This document shows positions 29,643 to 39,197 of a DNA stretch of 64,000 bases, piece by piece. This stretch comes from a bacterium (GTDB lineage: Bacteria; SM23-31), in NCBI GenBank assembly GCA_965249485.1, contig OZ252239.1, forward strand, positions 2,592,001-2,656,000, given 5' to 3'. The notes beneath the pieces were generated by a model. It was not told the DNA's origin. It was given only the letters and a program-made list of their open reading frames with translations, and did no database searches. A program made the position numbers and the translations under genes. Position 1 is the stretch's first letter; every line of letters begins with the position of its first letter.

Positions 29643-31010
29643 TCAATGGATTAGTATTATTTCCTCATTGGGCGGTTGAATATTTTCTACTCCCCTGCTG
29701 GTTATAATTTGCATATTTGAAATATTAAAAGCTAATGGATAACCGGGCCGTTCATCGATGTTCATATGGACCATATATTCAAAAGCAAAAAAATGGTTCT
29801 CTTGAATTTTCAAGTGATACGTATCTGTCCGAAATGGCCCCATTGAGGGTCCTTCTGCACCGTTGTTGCCTAAAGCGTGATTATCAATGGAAAATCCCGG
29901 TTTGTCTGTATCAGCGAGCACCCTCCGGACCATTTGATAGTCTCGTGCGCCATTATCTGTAAAAGGGGTATAGATATACCCGGCATCTTCCATGGCTTTG
30001 ATCATGGCTTCCATAGATTCTCCGGCGGTCATGCCGACTCTCATATGCGGCCGCATGATCCATTGTCCCGCTATTGCCGTATCAAAGGCTTTTTGTAAAA
30101 AATCGGGGACTTTTGTTTCCCCGTCTCTTAAGATGTAGCCATAATTTTTAGTGTCCACATCATACCCCAAATAGTCATACCAGTGATTATCATAAAAGAA
30201 ATCACCACGCTGTAAGGTGTAATGGCGAGAGCGTGTTTCGGACCGGTCTGAAACAGCCGAATATAAAACATTAACACCCGCCTCTCCTGCGGAAGTTACT
30301 CCCGGCACGATACTGTGTAATTTTTTTAAAGATTCCTGTCGGGATATTGCAAGCACATGGGCTTGTGCCCCGATTTCCCTGCTTGTTCTCCTTAACACGA
30401 AATCTAATATGACATTTTCTGCAGGGATGATTCTCTGAGAATACTTCGGCCCTAAAATTTTTTCCAGCTTTAAATATGAAGAGTGTGAAATGCCATCAGC
30501 TAGTGGAAGCCAATCGGAGGTATTAACAGCAATCGTTTTTGGATCACGCTCGGCAACGAATTGTGTTATTTCGCTGTAGACTTCGGGAATCGTGAACGTC
30601 TGAAGTTTGTCCAGATTGTTATAATTATAACCTCCCAAAGCCATGTTTACTTCGCGTGAACCGCGTACATCAATATTTTCAACAGCTCCTGAGCTCATGC
30701 CGAACATAGCCCGCTCGATCCTGTCTCCCAGGTCGCTAAAGATCAAATAGCCGGAGGTGTTTCCGAACTGCGGAGTCATTTTGTCTCCGTTACTGGAATT
30801 CGCAAAGATCCCCTGTCCACGGGTGACGTGAATCCACATGTCCACATTATTATCCCGCATGGCTCCCGGCAGAATGAGGTCAAGTTTTTCATTCCGAATT
30901 AATCGGAGAACTTCCACATCGGTCTCTGACGTATATCCTTGTGTCTGAGCATCTGCAACAGGTGCTGTTAATGTCACAGCAATTAAAAATAATATTACTC
31001 GAAATAGCAT
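29643..31010 (-). CDS. Secreted M24/Xaa-Pro peptidase-like protein, paralog 2
   Basis: Same motifs; clear tandem paralog of 27857-29236. Confidence 0.75.
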   Translation of the reverse strand: MLFRVILFLIAVTLTAPVADAQTQGYTSETDVEVLRLIRNEKLDLILPGAMRDNNVDMWIHVTRGQGIFANSSNGDKMTPQFGNTSGYLIFSDLGDRIERAMFGMSSGAVENIDVRGSREVNMALGGYNYNNLDKLQTFTIPEVYSEITQFVAERDPKTIAVNTSDWLPLADGISHSSYLKLEKILGPKYSQRIIPAENVILDFVLRRTSREIGAQAHVLAISRQESLKKLHSIVPGVTSAGEAGVNVLYSAVSDRSETRSRHYTLQRGDFFYDNHWYDYLGYDVDTKNYGYILRDGETKVPDFLQKAFDTAIAGQWIMRPHMRVGMTAGESMEAMIKAMEDAGYIYTPFTDNGARDYQMVRRVLADTDKPGFSIDNHALGNNGAEGPSMGPFRTDTYHLKIQENHFFAFEYMVHMNIDERPGYPLAFNISNMQIITSRGVENIQPPNEEIILIH

Positions 31011-31253
31011 AAAAACACCCCTTTAATTGGTTGATATTAAAAAACTAAGGAAATCTACATAATCATTTGTATTTGTGTCTACTCAGAAGAAATTACACTT
31101 ATTCAGCGAATATGAACCATAAAGTATCATTATTTCTGGTTGAACATAAGTATAATATTGTTAAAATTTTATGGTGGAGATATTGATTTAAAAAATTGTT
31201 GAGGATAGAAAAGGACTTACAAAATAGTATCATAAGTCCTTATTTTGCACTTG

Positions 31254-31337
31254 TACCGAGGGCGGGACTTGAACCCGCACGGCCCAAAGGCCAATGGATT
31301 TTAAGTCCATTGCGTCTACCAATTCCGCCACCCCGGC
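31254..31337 (-). tRNA. tRNA-Leu(TAA)
   Basis: ATGGA-CTTAAAA-TCCAT anticodon arm, long variable arm. Confidence 0.96.
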
Positions 31338-31492
31338 ATAGTGTTAATATAATCAAGCTTCGTGCGTTTATGCAGGAATATTATATCTATTCGAAATTGT
31401 GTTTATAGACAGATTACTTACTTGAAAAAGAATGCAGGCTTAAAAAATGCCTGCATACAATTTATAACTGTTGTGTTATGCTGTAACTTAAG

Positions 31493-31565
31493 AGGCGACG
31501 ATCGGATTCGAACCGATGAATAGAGGTTTTGCAGACCTCCGCCTTAGCCACTTGGCTACGTCGCC
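31493..31565 (-). tRNA. tRNA-Cys(GCA)
   Basis: GAGGT-CTGCAAA-ACCTC anticodon arm, U discriminator. Confidence 0.96.
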
Positions 31566-31569
31566 ATTG

Positions 31570-31641
31570 AGCGGGAGACGGGATTTGAACCCGCGACGTT
31601 CTCGTTGGCAACGAGATACTCTACCACTGAGTTACTCCCGC
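31570..31641 (-). tRNA. tRNA-Gly(GCC)
   Basis: TCTCG-TTGCCAA-CGAGA anticodon arm; conserved Gly-Cys-Leu cluster. Confidence 0.96.
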
Positions 31642-31853
31642 TAAAAAACGGCTCAAATATACTATTGTTTACGGTTATCTGCAATAGAAATGTTCTGGAA
31701 TATCAATAGATTTCTTATTTGAAAATGCCTGTTGTATTAATAAAACATACAAAATGTTTTATCAGGGACGTTTCACTTCTTTTTGCTTTACTATATTGAG
31801 AAATATTCATACTGTTATTATAAACATACTAATTATAAAAATATGGATGTGTA

Positions 31854-32963
31854 ATGAAATATCGCCGCATGCCAATGGAGTTTGAATCACCTGAAGAATT
31901 TGGTTTAGATAAAATCAATTATAATCTTGCTGAAAGTTCAGTGCCGGATGTCCACTACAGTGATTTACGAGTAGATTTATCCAGCTTAGTATTTTCGTAT
32001 GGTGATCATCGCGGGAAAAGTGAATTGCGCGAAGTTATAGCAGATGATGCTCAAACATTAAAACCCGAAAACGTTCTTGTGACTCAGGGGGCAGCGCAAG
32101 CGTTATATTGTATCTATACCGCCCTTCTGAAGCCGAATGATCATATAGTGGTAGCCCATCCGAACTACATATTGAATGTTGAGTGTCCCCGTGCCGTCGG
32201 TGCAAATGTTGAGCTCATTCATCAGGAATTTGAAAATGGATGGAATCTAAATGTTGACAAACTCGCCTCAATGGTCACTCCCGATACAAATATTGTGAGC
32301 ATTACTGTTCCCCACAATCCAACAGGCACCATGATGTCGGCAGATGACTTAACCAGAATTATTGAAATCACTCGAAAAAACGGCTGTTACCTTATTGTTG
32401 ACGAAGTTTACCGAGAGATGACATTCGGGCCAAAGCTTCCTGTTGCCGCATCTTTAAGTGAAAACGTCATAAGTGTCAGTAGTATGTCAAAAAGCTATGG
32501 TCTGCCCGGAATACGTATCGGCTGGTTAATTACACAGGATGTGCAGTTGTATGAATCGCTTTTAGCTGCTAAAGAGCTTACTACAATCTGCAATTCTATT
32601 ACAGATGAGGAAATTGCGCACACAGTTATGCGAAATAAAGAGACATTTCTTGAACAATTTAAGGACAAAATAAACAGGAAATTAGCTGTCGTCACAGAAT
32701 GGATGGATGCGGAAGAAAACCTTGAGTGGATAAAACCTGAAGGTGGTGTAGTATGTTTTCCGAGAATTAAGCCTGGTATTGCGCTTGATATTGACAAGTT
32801 TTATTCAGTATTAAAGGAAAAGTACAACACGTTTGTTGGTCCGGGACACTGGTTTGAAGTTGATCGCCGGTTTATGAGAATCGGTTATGGATGGATTCCC
32901 CTTGAAGATTTGCAGTCGGGACTGCAATGTGTTAGTAAGGCCCTTCGGGAATCTATGTTTTGA
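31854..32963 (+). CDS. PLP-dependent aminotransferase class I/II
   Basis: PHNPTG, DEVY and SMSKSYGLPGIRIGW. Confidence 0.92.
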   Translation: MKYRRMPMEFESPEEFGLDKINYNLAESSVPDVHYSDLRVDLSSLVFSYGDHRGKSELREVIADDAQTLKPENVLVTQGAAQALYCIYTALLKPNDHIVVAHPNYILNVECPRAVGANVELIHQEFENGWNLNVDKLASMVTPDTNIVSITVPHNPTGTMMSADDLTRIIEITRKNGCYLIVDEVYREMTFGPKLPVAASLSENVISVSSMSKSYGLPGIRIGWLITQDVQLYESLLAAKELTTICNSITDEEIAHTVMRNKETFLEQFKDKINRKLAVVTEWMDAEENLEWIKPEGGVVCFPRIKPGIALDIDKFYSVLKEKYNTFVGPGHWFEVDRRFMRIGYGWIPLEDLQSGLQCVSKALRESMF

Positions 32964-33098
32964 TTTAAACAGGTTCACACCATTCTACAACAAACAAATT
33001 CTTGACAAAACCGATACGAATTTATATTTTAAATAATATTTGTATTTGTACTGCTATCTGTAGATATCCATTTTCCCTTACCCAAATTACCAACCAAG

Positions 33099-33542
33099 GT
33101 GAGTATTATGAAACATGTCCGACACATTTTAGAGAAAAAAGAGCAAAAAATACATAGTCTTTCTCCTGACGACACAGTTTACAGTGCCCTTGAACTTATG
33201 GCGGAGAAAGGTATTGGCGCACTTTTAGTACTCGAAAACAATCAGTTAGTCGGCATTCTTTCGGAAAGAGACTATGCACGGAAGTGCGCTCTGCTCGGCA
33301 GAACATCTAAGAAAGAGCTTGTTAAAGAGATTATGACAACAGAAGTTGTGTATGTTAATCCTGATCAAACTATAGAAGAGTGTATGGCGCTTATGAGCGA
33401 TAAACATATCCGGCATTTACCGGTGTATGATGGTGATTCTTTAATAGGGATTATTTCTATAGGAGATGTGGTTACAGCTATCATCGAAGAAAAACAGTTT
33501 ATGATCGAGCAGTTAGAGCACTACATTCATGGTCATAGATAG
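33099..33542 (+). CDS. CBS-domain pair protein
   Basis: GILSERDY and IRHLPV...GIISIGDVV. Confidence 0.92.
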   Translation: MSIMKHVRHILEKKEQKIHSLSPDDTVYSALELMAEKGIGALLVLENNQLVGILSERDYARKCALLGRTSKKELVKEIMTTEVVYVNPDQTIEECMALMSDKHIRHLPVYDGDSLIGIISIGDVVTAIIEEKQFMIEQLEHYIHGHR

Positions 33543-33640
33543 TGTATTTACGCATCAGTACTCGAGTTTCGGTTATGAGTTGTGCCTAGCAGAATTATAA
33601 TTCTGGAAATCGCAGAGTTTTTAAGTCCTTCTGAATAAAG

Positions 33641-34396
33641 CTATTCTTTGATATTTATTATCGTTCCCGTAATCTCATTACCAGCTTGAATGCTTTTAAC
33701 ATTAGCCTGAAATGCACGTTGATTCGTAATGAGATCGACTTGTGTATCAATGATATTCACATTTGATGATTCCAGAAAACCCTGAATAATCCTTCCAAAG
33801 CCTTCCGTGCCGGGTACGCCAGTTTGCACCAGCCCTGAAGCATCCGTCGTTTCAAATAAAGTGCCTCCTGTTGCACGCAAACCCTCCGGATTCTGAAAAC
33901 GGGCAATTGTTATTTGACCAAGATCCGCTTGATTATTTTGCTCTCCTGGTAAAAGAGATGACACTTTGCCATCAGGCGAAACAGAAACTTGTGTGCTTTC
34001 GGAGGGTGTATTTATATTCGGAACCAATGCAAACCCCTCAGAAGTAACAAGTGATCCGTTTTGAGATAATTTGAAGGATCCATTCCGTGTGAACGTTACA
34101 CTGCCATCCGGTTTCTCAAGCTGGAAAAAACCGATCCCGTCTATGGCCAGATCGAAAGGATTGTTTGTTTGAATTGGTGTTCCCGGCTCCGCAGATCGAG
34201 AAATTCCGTTTATCTGAGTACCTCCACCCTTTTGGATACCGCTTTCCTGTATAAAGGGAGATTCAGATGTTCTGATAGTTACCGATTTAAATCCGGGTGT
34301 AGAAATATTCGCAATATTGTGAGCAGTGGTACGTAGCTTCTGGAAAGATGTTTTCAGACCAGTTGCAGCTATATTAAAAAGAGAGATCACTATCAT
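33641..34396 (-). CDS. Flagellar basal-body rod FlgG-like protein
   Basis: AHNIANISTPGFK, DLAIDGIGFF, FTRNGSF and QGFLESSNV. Confidence 0.85.
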   Translation of the reverse strand: MIVISLFNIAATGLKTSFQKLRTTAHNIANISTPGFKSVTIRTSESPFIQESGIQKGGGTQINGISRSAEPGTPIQTNNPFDLAIDGIGFFQLEKPDGSVTFTRNGSFKLSQNGSLVTSEGFALVPNINTPSESTQVSVSPDGKVSSLLPGEQNNQADLGQITIARFQNPEGLRATGGTLFETTDASGLVQTGVPGTEGFGRIIQGFLESSNVNIIDTQVDLITNQRAFQANVKSIQAGNEITGTIINIKE

Positions 34397-34462
34397 TTAA
34401 ATGGTTGTTGAACTACATTTAATCAATAGTAGTGATAACCATATAATAAATCAATCATTTTT

Positions 34463-35107
34463 TCAAGAAATACTAATTGGTGTAATTGTGTTACTCTCAA
34501 GAGGACACCAGCCGTTTTCTTCAGGATAAGGCATTGAGCATACAAGTACCATGTTTTCGCTTTTTTTCATATAGAGCGTATAGTATTCTTTATTTTCGTT
34601 ATACATACAATGCACACATACTTCTTCTTGATTCGTCATAATAATATTGAGGGCTTTAATGTATTCAGAACGTTTTTTTATAATTGCCAATGCTTTAGAG
34701 AGAGCTTCGAAGAGACTGCCATTATAAAATCGGCAGATGTAATTAAAAACTTTCTCTGACCCTATAATACCCTCGGCAGGAAGCCGGACTCCTCGGAGAA
34801 ATCCGTTAAAACCGTACATGATATTTTCATTCTGAAACGGCATGTTGCATTCAATAATAATCGGCTCATTGTCAGCAGCACTTCTGACATGGGCAAAGAG
34901 TTCGGTTGTCGTACCGAATTGCTCTAAATCATCATCCCATATTGGAGTGAGATTTTTATACATTTTCCATTCGTTATCCACTCTATACGCACAACCCCAT
35001 CCATTTCCTTGATATTCAGGGCTGGTTTTCGCAACTTGGGAAAACTTTTTCAATTGTTCGGTAATAGAGAAATCATCTCTTGATTTTACTAATAACATTC
35101 TGCACAT
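34463..35107 (-). CDS. Stand-alone class II glutamine amidotransferase / Ntn-hydrolase (EgtC/YafJ/Dug3-like)
   Basis: N-terminal MCR (Cys2 nucleophile), GWG, AHVRSA, NMPF and FNG. Confidence 0.8.
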   Translation of the reverse strand: MCRMLLVKSRDDFSITEQLKKFSQVAKTSPEYQGNGWGCAYRVDNEWKMYKNLTPIWDDDLEQFGTTTELFAHVRSAADNEPIIIECNMPFQNENIMYGFNGFLRGVRLPAEGIIGSEKVFNYICRFYNGSLFEALSKALAIIKKRSEYIKALNIIMTNQEEVCVHCMYNENKEYYTLYMKKSENMVLVCSMPYPEENGWCPLESNTITPISIS

Positions 35108-35124
35108 ACATCGTATCCTGAAAA

Positions 35125-36120
35125 TTACATCGGATGAATACCGGGAAATGTCAAACCGGTTGTTTCTTCAAGGCCATGAGTTATATTAAATGCCTGGAGT
35201 GCTTGCCCAGCAGCCCCTTTCATTAAATTGTCAATCGCACCGATAACAACAAGGCGGTTGGATTCCTCATCTTTTTGAAATCCTATATCGCAATAATTTG
35301 TACCTGCAAGAATTTTCGGATCAGGGTAACGATATGACTCTTCCCGCTCTTTGACAATGCGAATAAAGGGTTCATCGCCAAATTCATTCCGGTAGATTTT
35401 CCAGATTTCTTTTTCATCAAGATCATCTTTCAAAAAAACATGGCACGTGGATAAAACTCCACGAACGATATTGATAGCAGTCGCGGAAAAATGGACTTTA
35501 ATCGGTCTATTGATACTTAACTCCTGCACAATTTCTTTGGCATGCCGGTGATTTGTCGGTTTGTACGACCTCACAGAACCGGAACGGATAGGATGGTGTG
35601 ATGCATCATTAGTCTTGTTGCCGCCCTCACTTGATCCGGTTTTCACCTCAATAACCGTGCGCTCGGGATCAACGAGATCGTTTTTGTAGAGCGGATATAG
35701 GGGCAATATTGAAGCAGTAGCATTACAACCGGCACTTGATATATAGTTGGCCTTTTTCATCTCTTCACGTTTTAGTTCCGGAATACCGTATATAAATCCA
35801 TCTTTGTTGTTCAGGCGAAAGTCGCCTCCGAGATCGATTATTTTTGGCGCCAACGTCTTAAACCTGTCCATTTGCAGAGATGATGATCCGTGAGGTAAAC
35901 CGACAAATAGGGTGTCACATGGTTCAATTTCGGACATTGCACAAAATTTCAGTTTGGTGACTTTTCGGAGATTGGGATGGAGTTTTGTAATTAATTTGCC
36001 TGCAAACCTGTCGGATGTTGCCTGGGCTATCTCAACATCTGGATGAAATAACAAGAGCCTGATTAACTCACCTCCTGCATAACCTGATCCACCCGCGATC
36101 GATACGCGTATTTTTCCCAT
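35125..36120 (-). CDS. lysY: [LysW]-aminoadipate/glutamate-phosphate reductase (LysY/ArgC type)
   Basis: GGSGYAGGE, GCNATA, SHHP.R, HRH, RYPDPK and IDNLMKGAAGQA; adjacent to lysW. Confidence 0.88.
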   Translation of the reverse strand: MGKIRVSIAGGSGYAGGELIRLLLFHPDVEIAQATSDRFAGKLITKLHPNLRKVTKLKFCAMSEIEPCDTLFVGLPHGSSSLQMDRFKTLAPKIIDLGGDFRLNNKDGFIYGIPELKREEMKKANYISSAGCNATASILPLYPLYKNDLVDPERTVIEVKTGSSEGGNKTNDASHHPIRSGSVRSYKPTNHRHAKEIVQELSINRPIKVHFSATAINIVRGVLSTCHVFLKDDLDEKEIWKIYRNEFGDEPFIRIVKEREESYRYPDPKILAGTNYCDIGFQKDEESNRLVVIGAIDNLMKGAAGQALQAFNITHGLEETTGLTFPGIHPM

Positions 36121-36174
36121 AAAATCCTCTGATTCCTAAATGCTGTTAATCACCTATGTGAATAACATAATAAA

Positions 36175-36339
36175 TTACTCACCCCAGTCTTCATCAGCTT
36201 GAGGAGCTTCCTGAACCTCTATCGGATCGATACTGGTTACTTCCAAATCACACCCACATTCATCGCATGTCACCAATTCGCCAACTTCTACTTCTCCGGT
36301 TATGCTGAGTTCGGCACCACAAACACTGCATTCAGCCAT
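36175..36339 (-). CDS. lysW: Amino-group carrier protein LysW (54 aa)
   Basis: CxxC...CxxC zinc ribbon, acidic composition, C-terminal EDWGE. Confidence 0.96.
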   Translation of the reverse strand: MAECSVCGAELSITGEVEVGELVTCDECGCDLEVTSIDPIEVQEAPQADEDWGE

Positions 36340-36379
36340 GACTACTTTCTCCAATTTAATTACATGTTTACCATTGATC

Positions 36380-36412
36380 AAAAAAACCGCAAACCTTGTC
36401 GAGGCCGCGGTT
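36380..36412 (-). terminator. Terminator-like hairpin 40 nt upstream of lysW (possible attenuator)
   Basis: AACCGCGGCCT/AGGTTTGCGGTT plus T7 on the minus strand. Confidence 0.65.
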
Positions 36413-36617
36413 AAAGAATCTAAATCTCAGAAATTAGTTAAAAAGTCAACTATGTATACGTTTTTCAAGATTGTACGGACCATGGACTGTTATAAAATGT
36501 CGAATGAAATGAGGTCACCAATGTTTTTTTCATTGGATTTTTTATATGTGTATACATATTGGAATTACTAATAATATAAAGAAAAATACTATTATTTATT
36601 AATATAGTCAAGTTTAA

Positions 36618-36635
36618 ATTGAATAATAATTCAAT
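36618..36635. promoter_or_regulatory. ARG-box-like palindrome (putative ArgR operator)
   Basis: ATTGAAT-AATA-ATTCAAT matches TGAAT-N4-ATTCA; next to a minus-strand TTGACT hexamer. Confidence 0.5.
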
Positions 36636-36921
36636 ATCACCAGATATTGAAGCGTGATTCCGAATGCAGTTGAATCGTTAAATGTTGATAATAAATATTG
36701 CATTTATAATAGTGCGCCCATATATTTACATTTATACACTTCCCTACGAGGCAACTTAGCGCATAACTAAGCTAGTACTCAATCAGTCTCTTGCCTTTCT
36801 GTAGATAAATGATAATAATCAGGTGTGTAACTAGCGATTAATTATAGACTAACTCTTACATTATTATTGCTTTTCATAAACTGTTAAATCACTCAATTCA
36901 CACAATAGAAGGGAATAAATA

Positions 36922-37227
36922 ATGGAAAATTATATTGACCCGGTAGAAGCTGCCTCTGAAAATTATAAACTGCTTTCAAGAGAAGGCAACGTTAGAGTAA
37001 TCGAAATGAATTTAAAACCTGGTGAAATTGATAATCAACATTCTCACCCGTCTGAAACAGCATATTTTATTCAGGGTGGCAATCTTCGAATTCATTTGCC
37101 AGATGACACCTCAATGGAAGCAGAAATTCCAGATGGACATGTAATGCACCATGGGCCATGGACACATAGAGTAGTAAATATTGGAAGTACCCATGTAAAA
37201 GCTATTATCTTTGAATTAATGCCATAA
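36922..37227 (+). CDS. Cupin-domain protein
   Basis: PGEIDNQHSHP...E and THRVVNIG. Confidence 0.85.
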   Translation: MENYIDPVEAASENYKLLSREGNVRVIEMNLKPGEIDNQHSHPSETAYFIQGGNLRIHLPDDTSMEAEIPDGHVMHHGPWTHRVVNIGSTHVKAIIFELMP

Positions 37228-37432
37228 GTACATAAATCCTTATGTATTTTCTTTTGGAGATTGAGAAGGAAAATGTCAGTTTAAACATTGATTTTTTCGC
37301 TTAAAAGCAATCTTTTCGAAACTTATGTAAAATTCTACAGTTTTGCTGTTTATTGTTGAATGCGTGTGTTCCAATAATGTATTATAGGTAAATCACCTTA
37401 ATTTCTAACCTACGTATCAGGGAGGTTTTATT

Positions 37433-38422
37433 ATGTCGTTTCTAATAACCTTCGGCGTTATGTTGTTCATTTCATTTTCTACTTTTCCTTTGATTTCAGA
37501 TATAGATGTTAAACTAACCGAATGGCAAGTCCCCTGGGAAGACACTCGCCCTCGTGATCCCTATGTGGATAATCAGGGTTATGTGTGGTTTGTCGGACAA
37601 GAAGGAAATTATATAGCATATCTCGATCCGGAAAATGGAACGTTTGAACGGTATGAATTAGAGAAAGGAACGTATCCACATAATCTCATTGTCGATAGTG
37701 ATGGATATGTATGGTATGCTGGGAATAGAAATGCTCATATCGGAAAACTGAATCCAAAGAACGGTGAAATTACAAAATATCCCATGCCCGATGCAGGTGC
37801 CCGCGATCCTCATACTCTGGTATTCAACAATGAGGGAGATATTTGGTTTACGGTTCAAGGCGGTAATTTTATCGGAAAACTCATGACAAAGACCGGGACT
37901 GTTCAATTGGTACAGGTTCCTACATCACGGGCACGTCCATATGGTATCAAATTAGACTCAAACGACCGCCCCTGGGTTGTCTTATTTGGCACTAATAAAA
38001 TTGCCACCATCGATCCTACGACAATGCAGCTTGAAGAAATTGAACTTCCGAATGCTAATTCCCGTCCAAGGCGGATAGAAATAGATTCTAAGGATATTAT
38101 ATGGTATGTTGATTATGCCCAGGGCCGTTTGGGAAGGCTTGATCCAGAAACATGGAGATTCAAGGAGTGGAATACACCAGGTGGAAAATCATCACGGCCG
38201 TACGGTACTGCATTGGATGATATGGATCGAATTTGGTTTGTCGAATCAGGTATCGAGCCGAATCGGTTCGTTGGTTTCAATCCGGAAATTGAGAAATTCC
38301 TCAGCATTACGGAGATTGCGAGCGGAGGTGGAACTGTCCGGCATATGTATTATCATTCAGCGACGCGAGAAATCTGGTTTGGTACAGACACTAACTATAT
38401 AGGCCGTGCTCAGATACCCTAA
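37433..38422 (+). CDS. Secreted Vgb-lyase-like beta-propeller protein
   Basis: Signal peptide; repeated P-H/Y-G...G.VWF blades. Confidence 0.8.
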   Translation: MSFLITFGVMLFISFSTFPLISDIDVKLTEWQVPWEDTRPRDPYVDNQGYVWFVGQEGNYIAYLDPENGTFERYELEKGTYPHNLIVDSDGYVWYAGNRNAHIGKLNPKNGEITKYPMPDAGARDPHTLVFNNEGDIWFTVQGGNFIGKLMTKTGTVQLVQVPTSRARPYGIKLDSNDRPWVVLFGTNKIATIDPTTMQLEEIELPNANSRPRRIEIDSKDIIWYVDYAQGRLGRLDPETWRFKEWNTPGGKSSRPYGTALDDMDRIWFVESGIEPNRFVGFNPEIEKFLSITEIASGGGTVRHMYYHSATREIWFGTDTNYIGRAQIP

Positions 38423-38458
38423 ATTGAAGTAAGAATTGAAAGAAAACCGACAAATATT

Positions 38459-39085
38459 GTGAAGATCGACACTACTTCACGTCTCAACATTATTCTAACA
38501 AATTGTGTTCTTAGAATGTTCTGTAAACTGCGAAATAGAATACCTTATCTTATCATCATTTCTTGTTTTCTATTTTTGTTTTATAGTGCAATTAATATCG
38601 ATCAACCTCTACCCGGATATTCGGGAGGATTTGGCGAACCGACGTGTCTGTACTGCCATTTTGATGCACCGGTTAATGCGTTAGAGGGGTCGCTTTCCAT
38701 TCTTGGAATACCTATGGAATATGTTCATGACAGCACGTATATTTTCACGATTGATTTAACACATCCGGAATTAAAAAGGGGTGGCTTCCAACTTGCCGTA
38801 CGCTACGCAACCGGAAATCTATCAGGAAAGCAGTCCGGTTTTATGGAACCAATCGATGAAAGAGTTGCAATAGATACCGAGTATGACATTCAATACGCTC
38901 GGCACACTGTTGAAGGAACAGTACCCTCCTCTCCAGAGACTTCACAATGGATTATCGAGTGGCAATCACCTTTTGCTGGCAGCGATCCGGTCGTTTTTCA
39001 TCTCGTCGGCAACGCTTCGAACGACGACAATTCTGAATTTGGTGACTTCCTATATCAAACGGAAACAGTGAGCACATTCCGTTAG
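38459..39085 (+). CDS. Reeler-like (choice-of-anchor V) domain protein with CxxCH
   Basis: GGFGEPTCLYCH, GGFQL, W..EW.SP and GNASNDD; true start is probably further downstream. Confidence 0.65.
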   Translation: MKIDTTSRLNIILTNCVLRMFCKLRNRIPYLIIISCFLFLFYSAINIDQPLPGYSGGFGEPTCLYCHFDAPVNALEGSLSILGIPMEYVHDSTYIFTIDLTHPELKRGGFQLAVRYATGNLSGKQSGFMEPIDERVAIDTEYDIQYARHTVEGTVPSSPETSQWIIEWQSPFAGSDPVVFHLVGNASNDDNSEFGDFLYQTETVSTFR

Positions 39086-39197
39086 AAAAGTAATTGCTAT
39101 AAAACACGATTTAGCAGCTTCGAGTTTTTCCTTTGGAATGGTATTTACATATTAAATACCCGAAGATAGCATGAATATTACCGTAACCATTTTAGGC

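Noticed and set aside
31254..31337. tRNA-Leu (and tRNA-Ala at 46371) as island attachment sites for the accessory region
   Set aside because: No duplicated 3' fragment or associated integrase was found by eye
31196..31408. 70-aa ORF
   Set aside because: Antisense to tRNA-Leu
36340..36381. N-terminal extension of LysW in the ORF track
   Set aside because: It overlaps the terminator T-run; the ATG at 36339 has an SD-like GGAGAAAG and gives the canonical 54 aa
37433..38422. Streptogramin B resistance gene vgb
   Set aside because: Only fold-level similarity; it has a signal peptide and no mobile context
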